From Candidatus Limnocylindria bacterium (GTDB lineage Bacteria; Chloroflexota; Limnocylindria; QHBO01): 64,000 nt of DNA. A model generated the notes under the pieces. It was not told where the DNA came from. It searched no databases and worked only from the letters and a program-made list of their open reading frames with translations. A program made the position numbers and the translations under genes. The stretch is taken from contig JBBSML010000009.1 of NCBI GenBank assembly GCA_038233215.1, forward strand, positions 12,688 through 76,687, written 5' to 3'. Positions 29,092 through 38,639 of this stretch are shown piece by piece; the first letter of the stretch is position 1, and every line of letters starts with the position of its first letter.

Positions 29092-29667
29092 GTGACGTTC
29101 TGGAATTGGCGCCGCAGCCCGGGCAGCCCGGCGACGCAGGGCAGCGCGGCCCTTGCCCTCGCCCCCGACCTGGCGGCGATCGAGATCTACACGACGGATT
29201 CCAGGATCGTCGGGTGGATCGCGCCACAGGGCCAGCGAATCACGGATCTGTTGACCACCCAGGACGAGCTGCGACTCTGGCGCCCCAGCCCCGGGCCCCT
29301 CGACGACACCACCATGCCTCCGAGTAGCGGCGCCAAGCTCCGGACCAACGGTGAATGGCAGTCATTGCCAACGTCGCGGGTCGTGCTGGCTATGCCGCCG
29401 GAATGGCGCGCAAGCCGTCAGCTGCGCCTGCACCGTCGGTTGCGTCGGGCGGCTGCGATTGCCGGTCCGTTCAGCGTGACCGGTAACGTTCATCTCCACC
29501 CGGGCGTCGAAGTCGGGCTGCACCTCGTTCGCAACCAGCCGTTCATCCCGCTCACCGACGCATACATCCTCCACAGCGGCGAACCGCCGTTCGAGCACGT
29601 CGTAAGCGTCGTGATCGTCAACAGCGCCCACGTCGCCCAGATCGTTCCCCTCGTCAGCCTCGCCTGA
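29092..29667 (+). CDS. Hypothetical protein with two similar beta-rich repeats (DUF6812-like)
   Basis: GTG start after AGGAG; IEIYTTDSRIVGWI and FSVTGNVHL...FIPLTDA...VVIVN. Confidence 0.65.
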   Translation: MTFWNWRRSPGSPATQGSAALALAPDLAAIEIYTTDSRIVGWIAPQGQRITDLLTTQDELRLWRPSPGPLDDTTMPPSSGAKLRTNGEWQSLPTSRVVLAMPPEWRASRQLRLHRRLRRAAAIAGPFSVTGNVHLHPGVEVGLHLVRNQPFIPLTDAYILHSGEPPFEHVVSVVIVNSAHVAQIVPLVSLA

Positions 29668-29678
29668 TCGTCGTCAAC

Positions 29679-29702
29679 GCGGCGCTATTCGCCGCCCGTT
29701 TT
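29679..29702 (+). terminator. Weak intrinsic terminator
   Basis: GCGGCG-CTATT-CGCCGC followed by CCGTTTT. Confidence 0.35.
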
Positions 29703-29841
29703 CAGGGGAGTGGCATCGCATGGCTCGCGGCCCACTGATCCCCTGGTACCGATGCCGGAGCAGCCGGCGTTGTTGGGTCAGCGTGCGAGGCGACCGTCTC
29801 TTCCGGCACGAGGACTCTCACCGCGACCATAATCGACCGAG

Positions 29842-31440
29842 ATGGCCGTGCTCCGCACCTCAACCGATCCCAATGCTCCAGCCACGCAGGTCAATGCCGA
29901 TGCCATGCGCGCGCTGGTGGACGACCTGCGCACGCGAACCGATGCCCTCACGCGCAACGGCGCCGGAGGCGACAGTCGATCCATCGACAGGCATCGTGAG
30001 CGCGGAAAGCTGCCCGTGCGCGAACGGATCGATCGGCTCATCGATCCCGGCAGCGCGTTCCTCGAGTTGAGCGCGCACGCTGCGAACGGCCTGTATGACG
30101 ACGAAGCACCGGGCGCGGGCATCGTGACCGGCATCGGGCAGGTGGAGGGCATCGAATGCGTGCTCGTTGCCAACGACGCGACGGTCAAGGGCGGCACGTA
30201 CTACCCGATGACCGTGAAGAAGCACCTGCGGGCGCAGGAGATCGCGCTCGAGAACCGGCTGCCCTGCCTGTACCTGGTGGACTCGGGTGGGGCTTTCCTG
30301 CCGCTTCAGGACGAGGTCTTCCCGGACCGCGACCATTTCGGACGCATCTTCTACAACCAGGCCCACCTGTCGGCCCAGCGCATCCCGCAGGTCGCCCTGG
30401 TCATGGGCTCCTGCACGGCGGGTGGGGCATACGTCCCGGCGATGTCCGACGAGACGGTCATCGTGAAAGGCACCGGCACCATCTTCCTGGGCGGTCCTCC
30501 GCTGGTACAGGCCGCGACGGGCGAAGTCGTGACCGCCGAGGAGCTCGGCGGCGCCGAGGTTCACACCACGCAATCCGGCGTGGCAGACCACTACGCCCTC
30601 AATGACGAACATGCCCTCGCCGTCGGTCGCCAGATCGTGCGAAATCTCGCGTGGCGCAAGCCGGAACCACCTTGGGAGATTGGCGAGCCGCGCGAGCCAT
30701 CAGTCAACCCTGAAGAGCTGTACGGCGTCATTCCAGCAGACGCTCGGCAGAGCTACGACGTGCGAGAGGTGATCGCTCGCCTGGTCGATGGGTCTGACTT
30801 CCACGAATTCAAGGAGCGCTATGGCACCACCCTCGTCACCGGATTCGCCAGGATCCACGGCTATCCGGTGGGGATCATCGCCAACAACGGCATCCTATTC
30901 AGCGAATCCGCGCTCAAGGGCGCGCACTTCGTCGAGCTCGCCAGCCAGCGACGCGTCCCGCTCATCTTCCTCCAGAACATCACGGGCTTCATGGTCGGTC
31001 GGGAGTACGAGGCCGGCGGAATCGCCCGGGACGGCGCCAAGCTGGTGACCGCGGTGTCGACCACCAACGTGCCGAAGTTCACGGTCATCATCGGCGGCTC
31101 ATTCGGCGCGGGGAATTACGGCATGGCCGGGCGCGCGTATTCCCCCCGCCAGCTGTGGATGTGGCCAAATGGCAGGATCTCGGTCATGGGTGGCACCCAG
31201 GCCGCTCGGGTGCTGTCGACCGTCCGGGGAACCTTCCAGACCGATGCGGACCGCGACGCCTTCGAGGCGCCGATCCTGGGAAAGTATGAGCTCGAAGGCT
31301 CCCCGTATCACTCCACCGCCCGGCTCTGGGATGACGGGGTGATCGATCCAATCGACACGCGACGAGTGCTGGCGATGGGCATCAGCGCCGCATTGAATGC
31401 GCCGATCCCGGAACCTGGATTCAGCCTGTATCGCATGTAG
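29842..31440 (+). CDS. mccB: 3-methylcrotonyl-CoA carboxylase beta (carboxyltransferase) subunit
   Basis: [58 protein letters not shown]. Confidence 0.93.
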   Translation: MAVLRTSTDPNAPATQVNADAMRALVDDLRTRTDALTRNGAGGDSRSIDRHRERGKLPVRERIDRLIDPGSAFLELSAHAANGLYDDEAPGAGIVTGIGQVEGIECVLVANDATVKGGTYYPMTVKKHLRAQEIALENRLPCLYLVDSGGAFLPLQDEVFPDRDHFGRIFYNQAHLSAQRIPQVALVMGSCTAGGAYVPAMSDETVIVKGTGTIFLGGPPLVQAATGEVVTAEELGGAEVHTTQSGVADHYALNDEHALAVGRQIVRNLAWRKPEPPWEIGEPREPSVNPEELYGVIPADARQSYDVREVIARLVDGSDFHEFKERYGTTLVTGFARIHGYPVGIIANNGILFSESALKGAHFVELASQRRVPLIFLQNITGFMVGREYEAGGIARDGAKLVTAVSTTNVPKFTVIIGGSFGAGNYGMAGRAYSPRQLWMWPNGRISVMGGTQAARVLSTVRGTFQTDADRDAFEAPILGKYELEGSPYHSTARLWDDGVIDPIDTRRVLAMGISAALNAPIPEPGFSLYRM

Positions 31441-31523
31441 CGGATCGATGCGGAGATCCACAAGCGGCCATCCCGATTGGGCCCGCGGCCGCAACCATAG
31501 GGCAGACGCCCGGGAGGCCTGGC

Positions 31524-32162
31524 ATGCACATCTGGAGCGAGCGTCCCGGATCGCGGGCTCGGGAGATCGGCGCCGATGTCGTTACGCTGCTGTGGCTGAC
31601 GATCTGGCTCACCCTCGGCATCCGGCTCTACGCCTTTCTGGCCAATCTGGCTGGCGCCGGGCGCCTGGTGCGAGAAGGAGGTGCCGGCATCACGAGCGCC
31701 GGCGAGACGATTGGGTCCGCGCTCGAGGGGTTGCCGCTGGTCGGCGAGGGGGCGGCTTCCGGTGTGCGCGGTGCCCTGGCTGGAGCCGGAGATCCACTGA
31801 TCACCTTCGGAACCGATCTCGAACGGCTCCTGCTGGTCATCTCCGCCCTGCTTGGTCTGCTGCTGGTCGCGACCGCGGTGGTGCCATGGCTCAACCGCTA
31901 CCTGCCATGGCGCCTGGCGAAGTGGCGCCGCCTCAACGCTGCCGCCACGGCGATCCACGGTTCGCGGCTGAAGAGCCGGCAGCTCATCCCCGCGCCGGAG
32001 ATGGAGACGCTCCTCGCATCTCGCGCCCTTCACCGACTCGAATACGACGAGCTTCTGGAGTTCACGCCGGATCCCTTCGGCGACTGGCTCGCCGGGCGCC
32101 ACGAGCGCCTTGCCGAGGCGGAGCTGGACCGGGTCGGCCTGCGCGCCACGAGCGCGCGTTAG
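31524..32162 (+). CDS. Conserved membrane protein
   Basis: Two TM segments around a Gly-rich helical region; AELDRVGLR tail. Confidence 0.7.
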   Translation: MHIWSERPGSRAREIGADVVTLLWLTIWLTLGIRLYAFLANLAGAGRLVREGGAGITSAGETIGSALEGLPLVGEGAASGVRGALAGAGDPLITFGTDLERLLLVISALLGLLLVATAVVPWLNRYLPWRLAKWRRLNAAATAIHGSRLKSRQLIPAPEMETLLASRALHRLEYDELLEFTPDPFGDWLAGRHERLAEAELDRVGLRATSAR

Positions 32163-32950
32163 CCGTCCACGGACGCGGCCGAGACCGGCAGCTCGGCACG
32201 CTCGATGTTGAACCGCAGGCCGAGCAGTTCCATGGTGCGCGCCGAATCCACCTCCGCGGCCAGGGTGACGACCGCCGGCACTGCCATCTCGCGCCGCGGC
32301 ACCAGCCGGATGACATGCAGCCCAATGTCGGCGACGGCGAGGTCCGCGACCGCCCAGAAATCGATCTCGAGTCGCTCGTGGATGGTGGCCGCGACCGATG
32401 GCGGATCACCGGTTGCCAAGTCGAGCCGGGTCAGGATGACGGGAGAGCCGAGCGGATGGCGAAAGCTCGCGCGATCGGCCATCGCCGCATGGCCCCATTC
32501 CGCGCCGACGTAGGCGTGCTGGATCAGAAAGGGTACTGCGTCCGGTGCGAGCGGAGCATCGGGAAAGGCGGCCCACCACTCGACGCGCTCGCCGTCGGCC
32601 CGCACCCGGCTGCCGTGGGTGACCGGTCCGAACGAGCCTTCGGGTAGGCTGCCGACCGTCCGCTCGATCTCGTCGTCGCAGAGCGCGTAGGTCGCGAGGC
32701 CTCCACCGTTGGCGTCAAGGACGGCAACCGCGGCCGCGCCGACCGGCTGCTGAAGTGCCGCCTCGCGATCGTCGACCCCTATCAGCTCGAGGTAGCTGCC
32801 GTCGGCCAACCACACGATGCGATTGAAGGTTCCCAAACCATCGTGCCTGCCGCCACCACCGACTGCCAGGCCGAGGGCAGACTCGAGCTCGGTTGCCGCC
32901 GCAGCGGGATCGGCACATGCGACGACGAGGTGATCGATGCCTCGGATCAT
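32159..32950 (-). CDS. VOC / glyoxalase-like (Glyoxalase_3) protein
   Basis: IDHLVV, GGRHDGLGTFNRIV, YLELIG, PFLIQ. Confidence 0.85.
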   Translation of the reverse strand: MIRGIDHLVVACADPAAAATELESALGLAVGGGGRHDGLGTFNRIVWLADGSYLELIGVDDREAALQQPVGAAAVAVLDANGGGLATYALCDDEIERTVGSLPEGSFGPVTHGSRVRADGERVEWWAAFPDAPLAPDAVPFLIQHAYVGAEWGHAAMADRASFRHPLGSPVILTRLDLATGDPPSVAATIHERLEIDFWAVADLAVADIGLHVIRLVPRREMAVPAVVTLAAEVDSARTMELLGLRFNIERAELPVSAASVDG

Positions 32951-32988
32951 GCCAACGATGCTACCAGCATCCGTTAGGCTCACCGGAC

Positions 32989-33801
32989 ATGAACCAGATC
33001 GATCGACCCGCGCTCAATTCGCACGATCGGAGCACCCCGTCCGGGTCGCTGGAAACGAGCGCGGCGAACCTGTTTGAAGCGATGCTCGCCGCCCGCGAGG
33101 CCGAGGAACGAGGTGCGGACGCCCGAGTGCTCGATGCGTTCTACCGCACGCTCATGAGCGGGACGCTGCTGTTGCCGGTTCCACCGGAGCATGGGGCTGA
33201 GGCGAGAGAGGCGCTTGCAGCGGCGGTCAATGACGACGAGCAGGTCGAGATCAGCGTCATGCTGGCGCGCGAGGGAGATGGAACACCGGTCGGCGTCGTC
33301 TTTGGCTCGATAGGCGCTTTGGCCGCCTGGGCCCCGGCGCACACCGGCAACCTTCCACTGCCGGCGCGCATCGCCATAGCCAATCTTGCGTCGGCCGGCA
33401 TGCCGGCCATCATGGATCCGGCCGGCCCGGTGCCCTACCGCTTTGACACCGATGAATTGGCGTCCCTTGCCAAGGGCCATCTGCCCGGCGACCGTGGGCC
33501 ACTCTTCGAGCCCACGGCACGCTCCTCGATCCGCATCCGACTGCCCGGTCACGACACCCGCGACATCGAGGGCACGCTCGTCGCAGCACTGCGCGACACC
33601 GCCGTCGAGGCGGCCTACCTCGTCGAGACCGATGGCCCGGACCAACGGCCGCGGCTCATGCTGGGCCTGGTCGGTGCACAGGGCGCGCAGGCAACCGTCG
33701 ATGTCCCGGACGGCACCGAGGTCGTCTGGCTCGAGGAGCCGCTGCTCACCCAGGTGAGCGTCATCGCCGAGCCGTTCCACCGACGGGGCCGTGGCCGATG
33801 A
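32989..33801 (+). CDS. SseB family protein (N and C domains)
   Basis: L...TLLLPV, VFGSIGALAAW, MDPAGP, VEAAYL. Confidence 0.75.
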   Translation: MNQIDRPALNSHDRSTPSGSLETSAANLFEAMLAAREAEERGADARVLDAFYRTLMSGTLLLPVPPEHGAEAREALAAAVNDDEQVEISVMLAREGDGTPVGVVFGSIGALAAWAPAHTGNLPLPARIAIANLASAGMPAIMDPAGPVPYRFDTDELASLAKGHLPGDRGPLFEPTARSSIRIRLPGHDTRDIEGTLVAALRDTAVEAAYLVETDGPDQRPRLMLGLVGAQGAQATVDVPDGTEVVWLEEPLLTQVSVIAEPFHRRGRGR

Positions 33802-34595
33802 ACGAGCTCCTGCGCATCGAGCGGGACGGGCCATTCGCTCACGTGACCCTCACCCGCCCGCAGGTGCGCAACGCGTTCAACGCCGCGCTGATCGACGAAC
33901 TCCGTCAAGCCTTCGAGCTGCTCTCGACGGAAGCTCCCGATACCCTGCGCGGCGTGGTGCTGGCCGGGGACGGACCGACGTTCTGTGCCGGTGCCGATGT
34001 GGAATGGATGCGAAGCGCCATCGGTCTGTCGCTCGAGGAGAACGAGCGTGGCGCCGCCGCCATGCAGGCCATGTTCACCGCATTGAACGCCTGTCCGGTG
34101 CCGGTGATTGCGCGCGTGCAGGGCGCTGCCCTCGGGGGAGGGATGGGTCTCTGCGCCGTGAGCGATATCGTCGTGGCCGCTGACGATGCCACCTTCGGAT
34201 TCACGGAAACGAAACTCGGGATCATCCCCGCGGTGATCAGCATGTTCGTGATTCCGAAGATCGGCGAGTCCCATGCTCGCGCGCTGTTCGCGACCGGTCA
34301 ACGCTTCGGAGCCGAGCATGCCATGCGCATCGGCCTTGTGCACGAGGTGGTTCATGAAGCGGCGCTCGATGCACGGGTGGACGAGCTCATCACGGAGCTC
34401 CGTTCAGCGGGTCCGACGGCAGCCCGCGCCGCCAAGGCGCTCGTCCGGGAGCTGCCCACGCTGGGCGTCAGCGATGCGATGCGTGTCACGGTGCGCCGCA
34501 TCGCCGAGCAGCGAACATCAGCAGAGGGCCAGGAAGGACTTACCGCTTTTCTCGAGAAGCGGTCGCCGATGTGGCGCTCGGACGAGCACGGATAG
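33798..34595 (+). CDS. liuC: Enoyl-CoA hydratase, methylglutaconyl-CoA hydratase type
   Basis: LTRPQVRNAFN, FCAGAD, ALGGGMGL, ETKLGIIPAVI, EGQEGLTAFLEKR; leucine-pathway context. Confidence 0.85.
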   Translation: MNELLRIERDGPFAHVTLTRPQVRNAFNAALIDELRQAFELLSTEAPDTLRGVVLAGDGPTFCAGADVEWMRSAIGLSLEENERGAAAMQAMFTALNACPVPVIARVQGAALGGGMGLCAVSDIVVAADDATFGFTETKLGIIPAVISMFVIPKIGESHARALFATGQRFGAEHAMRIGLVHEVVHEAALDARVDELITELRSAGPTAARAAKALVRELPTLGVSDAMRVTVRRIAEQRTSAEGQEGLTAFLEKRSPMWRSDEHG

Positions 34596-36605
34596 ATGAG
34601 CACCGATCTGACGCCTCGAGAGGTCGCTTCAGAACTGGGCGTAACGGTGCGGACCGTACAGCGCTGGATTACCGATGGGCGTCTGAAGGCGACACGAGTC
34701 GGATCCCGACTTCGGGTGTCGCGTTCGTCGCTGCGCGCCGTGACTGACATGGAGACGACGCGCCGGCATCCGATTCACTCGCTCCTGATTGCCAATCGAG
34801 GCGAGATCGCGGCGCGCATCGCCCGTTCGGCGCGCCGCATGAGGATCCGGGTCATCGGCGTCCACGAGGCCGATGAGCGCGCTCCCGACGGTGTGGACGA
34901 GAGCCACGAGATCGGCTCCTACCTGGACGGAGGGGAGTTGCTGGCCGTCGCAGTTCGGGCTGGAGCCGACGCCGTCCATCCGGGCTACGGGTTCCTCGCC
35001 GAGAACCCGGCGTTCGCGCGTGCCGTCACCACGGCCGGATTGATCTGGGTCGGACCGCCCGCCGAGGCCATTGCGGCCATGGGCGACAAGGCGGCGGCGC
35101 GGCGCCAGGCGGTGGCACAGGACATCGCGATCGTGCCCGGCTACGACGGCGAGGCGCAGGACGATGCCACGCTGATCGCGGAGGCAACCCGGGTCGGGTA
35201 CCCGCTGCTCGTCAAGCCAAGCGCCGGCGGCGGCGGGAAGGGCATGCACGTCGTGCGGGCGGCAACCGCGTTGCCCGAGGCGCTCGAGGCGGCGCGCCGC
35301 GAGGCGCATCGGTCCTTCGGAGACGATCGGCTCATCCTGGAGCGCTATTTGGAAGGTCCGCGCCACGTCGAGATCCAGGTCCTGTTCGACGACCACGGCA
35401 ACGGCGTCCACCTGGGAGAGCGTGACTGCAGCGCGCAGCGACGGAACCAGAAAGTCGTCGAGGAAGCGCCCGCACCATCCGTCACGCCGGAGCTCCGTGC
35501 GCGCATGGGGGAATCGGCGCTGAAGGTGGCCGGAGCGGTGGGCTATGTCAGCGCCGGAACGGTCGAGATGCTGCTGACCGATGCGGGGGAGTTCTTCTTC
35601 CTCGAGATGAATACGCGCCTCCAGGTTGAGCACCCTGTGACCGAGAAGGTCACCGGTCGCGATCTGGTCGAGGATCAATTGCGCATTGCGGCCGGAGCGT
35701 CCCTGGCGGAGCTGGGCATCGAGGAACCGCCCCGGATCAGCGGTCACGCGATCGAGGCGCGCATCTATGCCGAAGATCCCGAAGCTGGCTTTCTGCCGGC
35801 GACCGGTCGGCTGGTGAAGGTTGCGTGGCCCGCAGGCGTGCGCATCGACACGGGCGTTCGAGAAGGCGACGTCGTCATCGACCGATACGACCCCATGCTC
35901 GCCAAGCTGATCGTCCACGCCCGGACGCGCCGGCAGGCGCTCGACCGGCTCCGGGTGGCACTCGACGCCACCGCCATCCTCGGGGTGCGGACCAACGTCC
36001 GGTTCCTGCGATGGCTCGTCCGGCAGGAGCCGATGCGCACGGGCGAGGTGCGAACCGACACGATCGAATCCCTGGGCCCTCCCGCCCTTCGCGAGCTCGC
36101 CGACGAGGATTGGGCCGGGGCGGCGGCCGAGCTCACCTCTGGGGATGCCGGAACCTGGGGCGGCGGATGGCGCATGAATGGCAACTCCGTCGTTCGGCTC
36201 GCCAGCGAAGGCACCCAGCGCGCGACCATCGTCAGCCCGCAACCGATCGTGTGGGCCGTCGTCGATGGCGAGAAGGCTTATGTGGACGTTGACGGTCAGT
36301 CAGTCGAGTTCGAGCTCGCGCCAGCACCCAGCATCGAGGATGCGGTCCGCAGTGCCGTCGCCGGCGGTGCCGACGCCACATCGGTCCTGGCGGCGCCCAT
36401 GCCCGGTCGGGTGATTGCCGTGCGTGCCACCGATGGCGCATCGGTGAAGGCTGGTCAGCCGGTGGTCATCATCGAGGCCATGAAGATGGAGCACGCCGTT
36501 CTCGCGCCGACTGATGGAACCTTGAAGGTCAGGGTCACGGAGGGACAGCAGGTCCGGCGTGGCGACATGCTGGCCGAGATCCTCCCGCCAGAGTCCGAAG
36601 CGTGA
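34596..36605 (+). CDS. mccA: Methylcrotonyl-CoA carboxylase alpha (biotin carboxylase + BCCP) with N-terminal excisionase/MerR-type HTH
   Basis: HTH LTPREVASELGVTVRTVQRWITDGRLKATRVG; LIANRGEIA, HPGYGFLAEN, EMNTRLQVEH; biotinylation site EAMKMEH. Confidence 0.92.
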   Translation: MSTDLTPREVASELGVTVRTVQRWITDGRLKATRVGSRLRVSRSSLRAVTDMETTRRHPIHSLLIANRGEIAARIARSARRMRIRVIGVHEADERAPDGVDESHEIGSYLDGGELLAVAVRAGADAVHPGYGFLAENPAFARAVTTAGLIWVGPPAEAIAAMGDKAAARRQAVAQDIAIVPGYDGEAQDDATLIAEATRVGYPLLVKPSAGGGGKGMHVVRAATALPEALEAARREAHRSFGDDRLILERYLEGPRHVEIQVLFDDHGNGVHLGERDCSAQRRNQKVVEEAPAPSVTPELRARMGESALKVAGAVGYVSAGTVEMLLTDAGEFFFLEMNTRLQVEHPVTEKVTGRDLVEDQLRIAAGASLAELGIEEPPRISGHAIEARIYAEDPEAGFLPATGRLVKVAWPAGVRIDTGVREGDVVIDRYDPMLAKLIVHARTRRQALDRLRVALDATAILGVRTNVRFLRWLVRQEPMRTGEVRTDTIESLGPPALRELADEDWAGAAAELTSGDAGTWGGGWRMNGNSVVRLASEGTQRATIVSPQPIVWAVVDGEKAYVDVDGQSVEFELAPAPSIEDAVRSAVAGGADATSVLAAPMPGRVIAVRATDGASVKAGQPVVIIEAMKMEHAVLAPTDGTLKVRVTEGQQVRRGDMLAEILPPESEA

Positions 36606-36712
36606 TCACCGCGGTCGATTCGAGCGTGCTGTTGGACGTGCTGAGCCGCGGCTTCTATCGGCGCTGCTTCGGTGTACGCGAAGTCGTGGATCAAGCCACA
36701 CCTGTCTCATGA
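36602..36712 (+). pseudogene. Internally deleted PIN/VapC relic (36 aa), coupled on both sides
   Basis: MITAVDSSVLLDVLSRGFYRRCFGVREVVDQATPVS*; GTGA overlap with mccA and ATGA overlap with the lyase. Confidence 0.6.
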
Positions 36713-37614
36713 GCGATCGCGACGTTCGCATCTACGAGGTGGGCCCGCGCGACGGGCTCCAGAACGAGACGGCTCCGATCCCGACCGAGGCCAAGCTGCG
36801 CTTCATCGAGCTGCTCGCCGATGCCGGCTTGCGTGAAATCGAGGCCACCAGCTTCGTCTCACCCAAAGCGATCCCGCAGCTGGCCGACGCCGGTGAGCTC
36901 ATGTCACGCCTGGAACGCCGGCCCGGGATGCGATATCCCGTCCTGGTCCCCAACTCACGGGGGCTGGAGCGCGCCGAGGCCGCAGGCGCCGAGGCCGTCT
37001 GCGTGTTCACTGCCGCATCCGAGCCGTTCACGCGGGCGAACATCAACATGACGATCGTCGAATCGATCGATGCCTTCAAACCGGTCCTGGCGCGTGCCCG
37101 AGAGCGAGGCTGGTGGACGCGTGGGTACGTGAGCACCGCCTTCGGTTGCCCGTACCAGGGTGATGTGGGCGAGGCCGCGGTCGTGGGCGTCGCACTTCAG
37201 CTGCTGGAGCTGGGCGTCGAGGAGCTGAGTATCGGCGACACCATCGGCGTGGCCGGACCGGCCGATGTGCGACGCGTCGTCGGCGCGCTGCTCGGAGCAG
37301 GTATCGACGCTGAGCGGCTCGCCATGCACTTCCACGATACGCGCGGCACGGCGCTCGCCAACGTCAGCGCGGCGATTGATCTCGGCATCCGCTGCTTCGA
37401 CGCCTCGACCGGCGGCACCGGTGGCTGTCCGTACGCGCCGGGTGCGGCCGGCAATCTCGCCACCGAGGACCTCGTGTACATGCTCGACCGTGAAGGCCTC
37501 TCGCACGGGGTGGATCTCGACCGGCTGATTGTCGCGGCCCGGTACATCAGCGGGGCCCTTGGCCGCCCCCTGGGGACGAACGTCGGCCAGGCGGGCGGCT
37601 GGCGCGTACCATAG
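36709..37614 (+). CDS. liuE: Hydroxymethylglutaryl-CoA lyase
   Basis: EVGPRDGLQNE, SFVSPKAIPQL, AFGCPY, DTIG, HFHDTRG, GGCPYAPGAAGN. Confidence 0.95.
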   Translation: MSDRDVRIYEVGPRDGLQNETAPIPTEAKLRFIELLADAGLREIEATSFVSPKAIPQLADAGELMSRLERRPGMRYPVLVPNSRGLERAEAAGAEAVCVFTAASEPFTRANINMTIVESIDAFKPVLARARERGWWTRGYVSTAFGCPYQGDVGEAAVVGVALQLLELGVEELSIGDTIGVAGPADVRRVVGALLGAGIDAERLAMHFHDTRGTALANVSAAIDLGIRCFDASTGGTGGCPYAPGAAGNLATEDLVYMLDREGLSHGVDLDRLIVAARYISGALGRPLGTNVGQAGGWRVP

Positions 37615-37621
37615 GCGGCCG

Positions 37622-38608
37622 ATGAACGCCGCCGCACCGCCCAAGCAGGAGCCGCGCCCCCTGATCCTGGACGTGGACACCGGGATCGACGACATGATCG
37701 CCCTGCTCATTGCCGCCACCAGCCCGGAGATCAACCTGCGCGGCGTGACGTGCGTGGCCGGCAACGTCGAGATCCATCACGTGGCGCGCAATACCGGCAA
37801 GATCCTGCGCATGGTCGGGCGTGGCGACGTCCCTGTCAGCATCGGGGCCGCGCGACCGCTCCAGCGTCGCCTGCGGACGGCACCCGACACGCATGGACCC
37901 ACAGGCACCGGGTACGTCGAGCTGCGCGGCGAGGACCGTCAGCTTGGTACCACCGAGTACACCGCCATCCCGGCCAGCCGCTATCTCGGCGCTCACGTCA
38001 GCCGCCATCCCGGAGAGATGACGGTGGTTGCCCTGGGGCCGTTGACGAACCTGGCGTCCGCCACCCAGCAGGGCATCGATCTCGCTGGTGGGGCACGCGA
38101 GGTGATCTGGATGGGCGGCACGCTCGAGGAGCGCGGCAACACCACCGAGACGGGCGAGTGGAATGCCTGCGTCGATCCCGAGGCAGTCGAGGCGTGCCTG
38201 CGCGCCGGAGCGATTCATCGCATCTTTCCGCTCGACGCGACCCAGGACATCATCTTCACCATGGAAGACCTTCGGGACCTGCCCGAGACGCACCTCGCCG
38301 GAATCGTCCGCGACGCGATCCGCTTCTACGTGGGCTTCCACAAGCAGGCGGATGGCATCGACGGCGCGTACCTCCACGACCCGGTCGTGCTGATCGGTTC
38401 GCTCCTCCGCCCCGACCTCGTGACCGAAACCGTCGAGGAGCGTCTTGCCTGCGATACAAGCTCGGATGCGGCCATGGCCGGGAGTCTGTATCGCTCGGAG
38501 GCGGATGACCGGCCGCCGGTGTCGGTCGCAACGGCCCTCGACGCCGCCGGCATGAAGGCGGAACTGATCACGCGTCTCGGGCGCGCCGTCGGCGCCCCGC
38601 AGGACTGA
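37622..38608 (+). CDS. Nucleoside hydrolase (IU-NH family)
   Basis: DVDTGIDD, GPLTNLA, MGG, EWNACVDPEA, HDPV. Confidence 0.92.
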   Translation: MNAAAPPKQEPRPLILDVDTGIDDMIALLIAATSPEINLRGVTCVAGNVEIHHVARNTGKILRMVGRGDVPVSIGAARPLQRRLRTAPDTHGPTGTGYVELRGEDRQLGTTEYTAIPASRYLGAHVSRHPGEMTVVALGPLTNLASATQQGIDLAGGAREVIWMGGTLEERGNTTETGEWNACVDPEAVEACLRAGAIHRIFPLDATQDIIFTMEDLRDLPETHLAGIVRDAIRFYVGFHKQADGIDGAYLHDPVVLIGSLLRPDLVTETVEERLACDTSSDAAMAGSLYRSEADDRPPVSVATALDAAGMKAELITRLGRAVGAPQD

Positions 38609-38639
38609 GCCACACACCAAACGGAGGAGGGACCAGAAC

